Source: Anolis carolinensis
Lineage: Eukaryota
Assembly: GCF_035594765.1 (NCBI RefSeq)
Contig: NC_085844.1
Location: 236,918,107-236,982,106 of the forward strand
Direction of reading: 5' to 3'
DNA: 64,000 bases
How positions within the stretch are numbered: position 1 is the stretch's first letter; every line of letters begins with the position of its first letter. Positions 27,488 through 38,985 of this stretch are shown piece by piece. The notes under the pieces were generated by a model. That model worked only from the letters and a program-made list of their open reading frames with translations, did no database searches and was not told where the DNA came from. A program made the position numbers and the translations under genes.

Positions 27488-28441
27488 TTGTGAGGTATGG
27501 ATAAACTAAGTCAGGAAAGGAAAGAATATATATCTGTGTAGAGTCCAAGGTGTGGCAAGAGTTCTTTGTCACTGGGAGCCAGCATTAATGTTTCAGTTAA
27601 TCACCCTAATTGGCACTGGAAATGTTTTGTCCCTTGCCTGGGGGCATCCTTTGTTCAGTCAAGTCCTCATTGTGTTGGTTCCCATCTACTGTTTTGATTT
27701 TGGAGTTTTGTAATACTGGTAGCCAGATTTTGTTCATTTTCATGGTTTCTTCCTTTCTGTTGAAGTTGTCCACATGCTTGTGGATTTCAATGGCTTCTCT
27801 GTGTAGTCTGACATGATAGTTGTTAGAATGGTCCAGCATTTTTGTGTTCTCAAATAGTATTCTGTGTCCAGGCTGGTTCATCAAATGCTCTGCTATGGCT
27901 GATTTCTCTGGTTGAATTAGTCTGCAGTGCCTTTCATGTTCTTTGACTCTGAGTCAAAGAACATGAAAGGCACTGCAGACTAATTCAACCAGAGAAATCA
28001 GCCATAGCAGAGCATTTGATGAACCAGCCTGGACACAGAATACTATTTGAGAACACAAAAATGCTGGACCATTCTAACAACTATCATGTCAGACTACACA
28101 GAGAAGCCATTGAAATCCACAAGCATGTGGACAACTTCAACAGAAAGGAAGAAACCATGAAAATGAACAAAATCTGGCTACCAGTATTACAAAACTCAAA
28201 AATCAGAACAGTAAATAAAAAGCAATACTCTGAAAACAGAGGGTTTCCAGACATGAATCAACCAAGGGCAGTTAACGACTCTAAACAAAGGATGCCCCAG
28301 AGGCAGGAAGAAGACAGCAGATAAGCTTTTCAATGCTAATTTAAGTGATTAACTACACTACATTCATACTGACCTCTCTCACCCTAGACTTTCCACAGAT
28401 ATATATTAACCTCTTTGCTTAGTTTTCTCCATACCTCACAA

Positions 28442-28482
28442 CCTCTGAGGATGCCTGCCATAGATGTGGGCGAAACGTCAGG
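28442..28482 (+). ncRNA. Minimal type I hammerhead ribozyme motif (Penelope-associated)
   Basis: cct-CTGAGGA-t-gcctgc-loop-gtgggc-GAAA-cg-TC-agg. Core boxes present, stem I cct/agg, stem II gcctgc/gtgggc, palindromic ACGT stem III. Confidence 0.75.
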
Positions 28483-28592
28483 AGAGAATGCTTCTGGAAC
28501 ATGGCCACACAGCCCGAAAGACATACAACAACCCAACATTCTGTTGGATTTCTTTCAGAAGACATGCATGCAAAGACAGCTCAAATGCAGGA

Positions 28593-31085
28593 TCAAGGTA
28601 TGATGGGGTCTCCATAACTGCAGTGTTCTTCCACACCCAAGTTGAAGTTATTGCCTTTTCCATTTTTATATGCACTCGTCACAATTCTAAACCAGCCGCG
28701 TTCCCCCTGCAAGATATTAATTGGTAAAGAAGTATTGGATGCAGCTCAAGTAGAAGCAATTTATTATTATACTTTTTAAAAATGCTTGTGTACCAAGAGG
28801 TAATGTTGTCCTGTCCTGGGTTATTCCTGAAGGATGCAGGTGGTCGGGGTCGGATAGTTGGGTGTTTGTGGGTAAACACAGAACAACATAATACGGTGGC
28901 TAATCAGTGAGAGCCACAAAGATAGTGAACCAGTATCCCAACATTCCCGGGTAGCTGGTAGAATATTTCACTGCTAGAATAGCAACTCACTTAATGCCTT
29001 CTGTTGGGCTATTTATTTTGAAGGCTCAACACAAATAGAAAATAGAAAATAAGTTCAGCGAATAATTTGAGTATAAAACTTATACTGTTCAAATTCACAG
29101 TAATCCCAAACAATATTGTGTGGATTTTGTACAATCACTATGAAGTAGTACCAACATCGTGTGATCTTATGCCAAGTTGAACATGAATCATCCATCCACG
29201 ACTGGTTTCGTTCTTTCTCCAGGCCTTCTTCTGGTGGTAAAGTTATAAACTTGACATTTGTTCTCCTTAGAGATACAGGTTTTTATACGTAGTGGGATGG
29301 GATACTCTGCTGTGTGTTTGATTGATGGGCGGCTGATTCATGTTCAACTCGGCATAAGAACACACAACGTTGATACTATTTCAGAGTGAATGTACAAAAT
29401 CCTAATGAAGTAAACTCCCCATAGTTTAGTTCTCTGCACCAAAAATGCACAATCTACAGTCTAAAGTCAGTATGACTCTCCTCATGTTCTAGGATCCTTT
29501 CTCACTATCCTACAGTGTTATGTTTCACTTTAATTGCCTTGGTGACATCCTAAATCTATAGGTGTCCATACATTTACATGCATGACAGATGTCATCCCCA
29601 GCCCACACTGCTCAAGACTGAAAAGGGTCTGCCTCCCTCTTGCATCCCCTTTGATGGAATAGTGTCCAACATCTTCACACCAACCGTGGACTCTACTAAA
29701 TCTGTGGACTCAACTAAATCCCTAGAGAGACATACACTCATCTCATTTGTGATTCTATTGCATATCTTACCCAGGGCTCGCCCCAAGAGTTGCGAACAAT
29801 CCAGTACTCGATTCCGTTTTCTACTCCCCAGCCAGAAACACTGACAAGGTGGTTTGCTATTGTTGTCTCATTGTATTCAGTAAAAATGCCTCCTGTGTAT
29901 TCATCCAGCTTTGGAGTCTGCATAATTGTACAGCTGTTTAAAAACAACAACAAAATATCATTTTAAAGATGCTTCTGAGATTAAATTTATTTATTTATTT
30001 ATTTATTTACAGTATTTATATTCCACCCTTCTCACCCCGAATGGGACTCAGGGCGGATCACATTATACACACATAGGGCAAACATTCAATGCCCATATAC
30101 ACATAGAACCGAGACAAAGACAGACGCAGAGGCAATTTAACCTTCTCCTCAGGGGATGTTCCATTCTGGCCACAGGGGGGAGCAGCTGCTTCCTCATCCA
30201 CTGTGACGGCACTTCCTCATTCCAACGTCGTAAATTAGTTAAATTTGCCTCCCCACTTTATAAGTGGTACCTTATTTCCTACTTGATAAATGCAAGTATC
30301 TTTCGGATTGCTAGGTCAGCAACGAGCAGGGGCTATTTTTTATTTTTAATTGACTGGTGCTCACCCCGCCACGGGCTGGCCTTGAACTCATGACCTCATG
30401 GTCAGAGTGATTTATTGCAGCAGGCTGCTCACCAGCCTGCACCACAGCCACAGCAGTGTCTAGAGTGTACAGATTAAATGTACACTCTAGACACTGCTGC
30501 CAAAATAAAGGATTATATACTGATGATCTCAGAACACTGAAACTTGCAATAAGAAAAATAATCTAGCAGGCTCATAACCACACTCCAAGGCCATGTAACA
30601 AAGCTCCTCCATTAACCTGAAGGTAGTGCCACAAAATAGCATGTCTACTACCACCACTGGTTTCTCACCCTCATAAAAGAAAGCAATGATGTAGGTTCAG
30701 CCTGTTTCAACTTCTTTCTGTAGTTGGATTCACCACTCCATAGAAGTAATGAAATGAAAGAAATAAACTGTTCTATTAGCCAATCTTCTTCTGCTCTTCT
30801 GCCTGAAACAAATTCAGACCCATTCAATCTACAGAGCAAAGAACCTGAAACAGTAGTGTCACTACAGCATGTAAACAATACAAACCCTCATTGGGGATTT
30901 CACCAAAATGACTTGCCTATAAAATATCTGTGCTAAAAAAAATTACTATTTTTTTAAAATATCCCTGTAGTTAAATATAACCATGAAAATATTTTTATAA
31001 CCCAGCTTACCTACTCTATGCTAATTTCCTTTTTGATATCTTCTAATAATTTGTAGGTATTTCATTCAGAACTTTCATTATTACC

Positions 31086-31136
<51 letters not shown>

Positions 31137-34100
31137 AATAATGGTGTGATTCAAATAGTTTCACTTGTACATGCTGATTTTTCATGATTGTTGATTTTGT
31201 CAAATTATGATATATTAGTTACAGTATTGTGGAGTAGTCTGGTCTGGTATGTTACTGGTGCTGAGTGCGTCTTACAATCAGTGATATCTCAGAATGGAAG
31301 AAATATGGTATTTTCTAGTCGCAAGATCTGCATCCTGTCAGATCCCTAAAATCTGAAGGAAAGCAGGAGTCATAACCATTTTGAAACCAGACAAAAACTG
31401 TAACAATCCACAAACCTATAGACCAATCTTGTTGTGCCATCTTTATAAATTTCTGAAGAGACTTATGCTGCACAGAATTATGGAAAAAAATAGGCCCATT
31501 TATTATCCCATAGCAAGCTAGATTGAGGAAAGGGAAAATCTGCACATAACAAATGCTGAAGCTGATTCAGCACATGGAAGATGGTTTCGAAAGGTCAGAG
31601 AAGCAGATGGCGAAAACAGAAGATCGGCCTATCTCAGGGAAGCGTGTTTGCTCCATCAATTTTTAACATTTACACAAGTGATCAGCCACTGCCAGAAGGG
31701 ACAGAGAGTTTCATCTATGCTGACAACCATGCCATCACCGCTCATCAATGGCTGATACCCGATGAGAAACTCACCCCTTGGCACACGCAATACTGGGCGA
31801 CGTAGAAAGCACTGCACAAACTGCTCTCTGGCACCACGAAGAAATGGGGCTACAAAGTGGAGTCCACAACATGTGAGTGTGGAGAAGAGCAAACCACAGA
31901 CCACCTATTACAATGCAGTCTGAGCCCTGCCACATGCACAATGGAGGATCTTCTAACAATGACACCAGAGGCACTCTGAGTGGCCAGCTTCTGGTCAAAG
32001 GAAATTTAGAACAATGCCAAGCTTTTAAGTTTGTGTTTTTTGTATGCATTATAACTTTATTCTCAATTCCTTTCTGACACAATAAATAAATAAAACCTAG
32101 TCACTGTCTATAAAGGCTTCATTTCCTTACCTGACTGGTCCATTTGCATAGATTTCTCTCATCATATCTTCTCGCCCGCTGATAAATCCAAAATCTCCCA
32201 CTTTCCAGAGGGTGTAGTTCTTTACCACATAACATTTGTCGAAAATAACACATGTCCCACACTTTGTAAACTTCTTGCACTCTGCAAAAGTGTTGGTAAG
32301 AGAAAGCTTTGACTGGCGTGGAAAGTTGCCTTTCATTCAATAACCAAAAAGAGTGAAATGAAATTCTGCAATGGTTTCCTTTCATCTGGATGACCCTTTT
32401 TACTTATTTATTTGGGGTTGTTGTATGTCTTTCGGGCTGTGTGGCCATGTTCCAGGAGTATTCTCTCCTGACGTTTCATCCACATCTATGGCAGGCATCC
32501 TCAGAGGTTGTGAGGATGCCTGCCATAGATGTGGGTGAAACGTCAGGAGAGAATACTTCTGGAACATGGCCACACAGCCCGAAAGACATACAACAAGCCT
32601 GTGATCCCGGCCATGAAAGCCTTCGACAACATACTTATTTATTTATTCATAGAGCTACCTAAGCAGCCTACTATTCAACTCATAGGAATCGGGCCATGAG
32701 CATTAGAGAGCAAAGGAAGAGGCAGAATCTTGCATTAGAAAAACCAGCCTTTCAAAGGGTTAATCGGGGCTACAGAGTCAGGCCCTGGACCTCTTCCAGG
32801 TGGAAATGCCAGGCACCTTTCCTGTGTTTGCCAGGCCCAGAATGTTTGCAAATTTCAACATGCATTCTCTGTATTATGCTGTACTGTTCTGTTTTAATTA
32901 TTTGTGATTTAAACAATTCTGTCAAGCAAACAGAATTTATGATAGAGTAGAAAAATAAAACAGAAATTCTGGTCTTACTTTGATCCTTAGCTACATAATT
33001 GCTGCATGTCTCATCCGGGATGCCATGGCGATAGGCATATAACCACAAAAATATATCATTTCCACCCTTGCAAGACCCAGCACCAGAACAATCCACAACA
33101 TGCTGAACTGAGAGAAAAGCAGAGGGCCAGGCCCCTTTTCTCTTGATGTTGATGCGGTCTGAGAAGTGGAGGCAAAGAACAGTTGGTTAAAGGCACAAAT
33201 AGAAACTTCCAGTATTCTGCAGTATATATAATATTTTACAGTTCTAATAGAATGAGTGGAATTTGCATCTCTATCAAGCCATGTCCTTGCCTTGAACACT
33301 CTATTCTACACACACTATCCAATTTTCTCATTTTCAATTGTTTGAGGATATTATTTGTTTTACATTGACAATCTGATAGCTTGCCTATCCCCAGTTTTCC
33401 TCTAAGGTTTGTTTGTCTCACTCTGAAACTTCTTCAAGCTTGCTGAGAAATGATTTCAGTGACATAAGATGGTAATGTTGGGATTTGCCCTGTTAAGGGA
33501 TGCTCCCCAGTCATGCAAATTTTTGCTAGGAGCAACATTCACTTTGCTAATTCCTCTAACAATCAGGAATACAATTCCCACAAATAACAGTGAATGAGGC
33601 AAAGTGTCGGCAGGATGAAAGTCTCACCTGGACCTCTCTGAGTGTGACCTCTGTGCGCCTTTGTGTGTATCTGATCTCAGCAGTGAGAAGAAAAATATGT
33701 TTGCACCCAAGTTTCAATTGATGCTAATATGTATTGCCCATCATATTCCCTTTCAAGTGGCTGGGGAACCACATGGAATGGTAAGGCTATGGTTTCAAGG
33801 TGGGCGTAAATAGAAGGGAATTGTTGGTTTGTGTCTCCATCAACAGCATAAAACCGAGGAATTAATCAAGCTGATGTCCAGAAGCAGATGAAGCCCCTTC
33901 CTTTATTCCAATATCCACTACATTTGTCTTGGAGGAACGAGGCAGTATCCACTGGACTTCATGCCATCCTACATAGCCGTCCAATTTTTCTCTGTGTCAT
34001 GTCTTAATTAGATTGTAAGGCTGAGGCGGGATGCCTAGAGCAACATTTACTCCATAAATTTCCCCCTGTAGTATATTCCTGTTACAGAGATGCACAACTT

Positions 34101-34984
34101 CAAAGTGTTTGGAAGTTATTTGTTCTAGACCCTCATCTGTTCATTTTTTTTTCAAACTTGCATCCTGATGCTCCTAAAATAGCCTTTTGAAATGGTTAAT
34201 GGTTCTCTGGAGACATCTAAGACATCATTGTGGTTGTTTTGATGAAGACATTTTGGTATGGGAGAATGGGTCACATTAAGGGATACATGCGTCTTTCAAA
34301 TGCACTTGATCGACTGCTGCTCCATTGGAACTGGGGATAAGGACAGGGTGATAAACACAAGACAAGAACAGCCACATACCGGCCAGGGCGCTGGTGGTGC
34401 CGTGAGCCCAGCAAGATCCACAGAACTGTGGGACGCCCTGGTTGCGAGTAGGACTTGCGTAATTGACACCGTTCACATTTCGCCAGTCCCACCTCTTGGG
34501 GATTTCTGACATCTTCAGGTATTCATGTGGACGAGGGTAAGTTCTTTGATGCAAGAAACAGGATGGAGACTGTTATAAAAGCTCCCAAATAAGGAGATTC
34601 AACTTCACTCCGAGTTAACTGTTACTGTCAACTTAACAGCAGCTAATGACAACAAAGCCACTGGTGGGCAAATTGTACCTAGGAAATGCTCTCTTCTACC
34701 CAAATATCAAAGAAAAAAAAGGCTTTTCTTTCCTCATGAGTGCACTCTGTGGGGCAGAGCAGGTTGCCAGATGTAAGATCTAGGCTGGGCTATAGGGACA
34801 TGGGGGAGTAGGGTTACCTGGGATTGTCACCTTACCTGACTCCTTGAATCCTGTGTGGCATTGGCTTGTAGCAACTTTCCCCTTCCTTGAAGTGGACAGT
34901 GGCAGCTGATGCAGGAGAATGGCAGACATAGGCACACAGCAGAAGTGCCAGGATGAAGAAAGGCAGGTGGGCATTTACGGACAT
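28593..34984 (-). CDS. Cathepsin Z-like paralogue B (306 aa, intact); exons 34984-34836, 34543-34380, 33158-32979, 32281-32131, 29933-29771, 28706-28593
   Basis: Same exon sizes and phases as [11 protein letters not shown]...SCYKP; [17 protein letters not shown]; [11 protein letters not shown]; ANHLV; RNSW; [12 protein letters not shown]. The exon 2 acceptor is AAG instead of CAG. Confidence 0.92.
29987..30450 (-). mobile_element. tRNA-headed, L2-tailed SINE in intron 4 of B (second copy ~48649-49092 -)
   Basis: Two near-identical dispersed copies; L2-type stem-loop tail with (taaa)n; TSD agattaaat. Confidence 0.7.
31087..31134. repeat. (ATT)n microsatellite
   Basis: Directly visible. Confidence 0.95.
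31323..32096 (+). mobile_element. Internally deleted copy of the same Vingi-type insertion in paralogue B
   Basis: Same ends and TSD (ctagtcgc/ctagtcac). The empty site is at 43142-43149 in copy C. Confidence 0.75.
32414..32632. mobile_element. Short palindromic Penelope-like remnant in intron 3 of paralogue B; minus-strand hammerhead motif at 32467-32507
   Basis: Two inverted copies of the same terminal sequence as in 27359-28533. Confidence 0.8.
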
Positions 34985-36969
34985 GGGTCCCAGGTCTTGT
35001 GACAGTCCCAGCAAAAGTAGGATGCACACAGCTCCAACAGACCTACAAGAAAAAAGATATCTCCATAGATTTCAGCTATAATAATATTACAATAAGAAAT
35101 TCTTAAAGCAGGAACTATGCTCCTACCTTTCGTTGTCGTTTCCCTTGCTCTGGCTACTATGAAATGCAGCTGGCCAGATAGTTCTTTCCTTTATTATATT
35201 GTCCAGCCTGCCAGTGAAGTCAAAGATGGAATTGCATTGTTGCAGTACCTCAGCAGCTGTTTTATAGGTTTCCATCCCTCCTATCTCAGCTTCAGTATCT
35301 GCACTGATTGACATTTGCACTGATATGTTCAACTGCCGAAATACTCCCATAGCCTTTCAACAGTAAACTATGAACTACACACAAGAATGTTCTTCTTATT
35401 TTTCACTGTGTTCCGGCATATGTTTAGCTAGCCTTTTTCTGTTGGTTTTCTCGGATGTGGTGTGTTGCCTTCATTCATGTTAACTGGCATTCATGACTGC
35501 CATGATTTCCAACTTGTCTTCCAGTTGCTGCCATTGTTTCCAGAGGGCAAATTCATAATCTATTTGCCCACTATTATGCCCTTATAAACATGGCCCATTG
35601 ACTATTAGAATAGTACTTTCTTAAAATCGTAATGTGATTTTAGTTGCACATGACTTTTTATCTCATCATTAACATCTGAAAAGATTGACATCTGAACTGA
35701 CAGCCACATGCTTTCCAACTGGCAAAATAAATGCTCTCTTTTTCTTATTTTCAATAGCTATCCCTAGAAGTGTTTTCCTAGTCTCCTTTTCTAACTACAT
35801 TTATATATATGCATAACCCATGAGTCTGGTAACCTGTTTATTCTAAAGTGCTTAAAGCAAGAGGTTCTGCTTTCAAGGAACTTTGTGTCTTTCTGCCTTT
35901 GATTGTATTTCCACAAAACACTGAAAATATTTAAAACTGCTGGGTGGAGGAGCACCCTATTAATTACTAAAAAAGCATCTGATTTTCAAAAGGTATTGCA
36001 GCCATCATCTTCACATCTCTGTCTAACCCAGAATTGGAAAACTACGGCCTTTCAAATGTACTCTTTTCTCTGTACTCATACACACACATGCATGTATATC
36101 TTTTTTGATAGACACACACGTACAGTATATCTTTTTTGTTTGCAGCTCATTATATGCCATCAAAGGCTTAATCCTTTTCACTTGCTGCTTCTTGTGAAAC
36201 TCTTTTGAGATGGACGACTTTCAACATGTCAAGGAGCAGGTGATGAAAAAGCAACATTTTGTGTTTTTGTGAAACTTAACCTTTCTCCCTTTTCACTTCT
36301 GCTTCATGAAAGTGAAATGGATACCATGGCTTTTTCTAATGAACCTTAGGAATTGGAACTCTGTTACACTGTTCGGATACTTTCTCCACCTTTAGAATTC
36401 CAATTCCATATTAAACTGGATTGTAACTGGATATCTATTTGGTATACTTTGATTTTGCTTTTCCTGCATGGCATGAGGTTAGACTGGATGGCTCTCATGG
36501 CCTCTTCCAACCAGTGATTTGAAGATTCCTATTGGCCATACTGGCTGGGATTGCCCCTCACCACAGCCATCTTGCTTGAATTGCCCAATCAACTCTTGCA
36601 AGGTACCCAACACAAGACTACTGATGTGAGATTTGCCTGGGATGCGGGTTTATGAAATTATTTTATAAATACAGTATATAGGATTGCCAGATCTCAATAA
36701 TCTAATTTCAGGGAATCAGAGTTTTTGCCAGTAACAATGGGTGCCTTCCATGTCTCCTGTGACTGAGTACAGCTTTAATAGAACGATCCAAAGTGCTTAT
36801 TCCAATTTCTAAAAGAGGTTCAGAAATCTGGATCCACTGCCTTTCTGATATGGAAGCTATCAGTTACTACTGTAAGGTATATTTGGAAAGTTTTACTTCA
36901 CCATCAAAGCACTCTCAACAGATGGCCATCCTATCTCTATTCAAAATTCTCCAAGAAAGATGATACTAT

Positions 36970-37860
36970 CAGTTTGGGGGTCCTTCTGGACTCAGCGCTG
37001 ACGCTTGAAGCTCAGGTGTCAGCAGTGGCCGGAAGGGCTTTTGCACAGTTAAAACTTGTGCACCAGCTGCGACTGTACCTCGAAAAGCATGACTTAGCCA
37101 CGGTGGTCCATGCCTTAGTTACATCTAAGATGGATTACTGCAATGCACTCTACCTGGGGCTGCCTTTGGAGACGGCTCGGAAACTGCAATTAGTGCAAAG
37201 GTCGGCAGGCAGATCGCTAACCAGGGCTGCTTATAGGGAGCATACTATGCCTCTATTGAAGCAGCTCCACTGGCTGCCGACAAGTTTCCGGGCCCAATTC
37301 AAAGTGCAGGTTATTATCTACAAAGCCCTATACGGTTCGAGTCCAATCTATCTTTGCGACCGTATCTCTTTTTACAAACCGTCGCAGACTCTGAGGTCCA
37401 CTGGGGAGGCCCTTCTCTCAGTCCCACTGCCTTTACAAGTACGTTTGGTGGGATCAAGGGAGAGGGCCTTCTTGGTGGTGGCCTGGCTCTGGAATGTCCT
37501 CCCAATGGAAATTACACTGACCCTCACCTTCCAATGTTTTTGGTCCAACCTAAAAACTTGGCTCTTTAACCAAGCTTTCAAATAGATATAGAGCCCCAAA
37601 GGTTAAAATTCTAGACCTATTGGTTTTCTCACTGAAAGCACTTTATATGACTGGTTGATTGTTATTCATTTTATGTCTATAATTACCATAACATTTTATT
37701 GATGTGTATTTTAGGGTTAATTGATTTTACTGTGGTTTTGTTAAGTATTGATGATGTGAATTATGTTTCCCTTTGATATTTATGTATCTGTATTTATTGC
37801 ACCGTATGTATTGTTACATTATGAGTGATTTGTAAGCCATCCTGAGTCCCTTTTGGGAGA
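36970..37860 (+). mobile_element. L2 LINE 3' fragment
   Basis: ORF LGVLLDSALT..VHALVTSKMDYCNAL..LHWLP..RAFLVVA.LWN.LP and L2 tail gccatcctgagtcccttttgggaga. Confidence 0.85.
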
Positions 37861-37990
37861 NNNNNNNNNNNNNNNNNNNNNNNNNNNNNNNNNNNNNNNN
37901 NNNNNNNNNNNNNNNNNNNNNNNNNNNNNNNNNNNNNNNNNNNNNNNNNNNNNNNNNNNNNNNNNNNNNNNNNNNNNNNNNNNNNNNNNN
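37861..37990. other. Assembly gap (130 N)
   Basis: Run of n. Confidence 1.
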
Positions 37991-37999
37991 TATGACACA

Positions 38000-38356
38000 G
38001 CAAACAAGATAGACATGCTGGATTTCATTACACAAAATCACAAGTCGAACACTTCCCAAGTGTCTAGGACTGTGTGATGTACTTTTGGATGATGTGTGCA
38101 AATCCCAGTAGGGTGGCCTTTTGCAGTTGACAAATTGTAATTTTGTCAATGTCTATTGTTTCCAAATGCCGGCTGAGATCTTTTGGCACGGCACCCAATG
38201 TGCCCATCACCACCGGAACCACCTGCACTGGTTTCTGCCAGAGTCTTTGAAGTTCAATCTTGAGGTCCTGATAGCGGCTGAGTTTTTCCTGTTGTTTTTT
38301 ATCAATTCGACTGTAACCTTGATGAAAAACAACAGGAAAAAACTCAGCCGCTAGCA
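38000..38356 (-). mobile_element. R4-clade (Dong/Rex6-like) LINE 3' fragment next to an (ATT)n(CAT)n microsatellite at 38360-38447
   Basis: EKLSRYQDLKIELQRLWQKPVQVVPVVMGTLGAVPK...LQKATLLG is a restriction-like endonuclease C-terminus. Confidence 0.8.
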
Positions 38357-38358
38357 GG

Positions 38359-38446
<88 letters not shown>

Positions 38447-38985
38447 CAATCTCAGGCAGTGTATTATATCATAAAACAGTTCATAGATTAGGATGAAGCA
38501 GGTAGTTCTAAGCATATTCTTTCAGACTCTGTACTTTCTATCTTTTTCCAACCAACAGAGAGGCAGAGACTCATGAAATGCAAAAGAGCTATATTTGGAA
38601 AGCATATAGGAAAAAGATTTGGGGTGGAGATAAGATTACACTGGAGGTAATTTAGTAAATACTGTTGTACTTCATCCCTCTTTCATTTTTAAGCTCTCAA
38701 ACTCTTCCCAAAAATGAGATATAACCCAATATAAACAGAACTTTGCATGAGATGCCACACAGGATACAGACTCCCTCCCTCTCTGCCCCTTCCCGCTCCT
38801 TTGAGTGAATGTTATGTGCAGGTTTGAATAGAAAAGATAAACAAACAAACATATGTCTCTAGACTATTATAGTATTGCTATTTTGCACAGCTGAAAAGCT
38901 AATCTTACTTTTTTAAGGAAAGAAAAAAACATTATATTGGATTTCTTTCAGAAGACATGCGTGCAAAAACAGCTCAAATGCAGGT

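Larger units (their letters stand above)
27359..28533. mobile_element. Penelope-like element 3' ends in inverted (palindromic) arrangement
   Basis: The GIY-YIG-region C-terminal peptide (...HRILFENTKMLDHSNNYHVRLHREAIEIHKH..NFNRKEE) is encoded on both strands. 13-bp TSD caacattctgttg at 27346-27358 and 28534-28546. Confidence 0.85.

Noticed and set aside
36974-37585. 203-aa ORF as a host gene
   Set aside because: It is the L2 ORF2 C-terminus.
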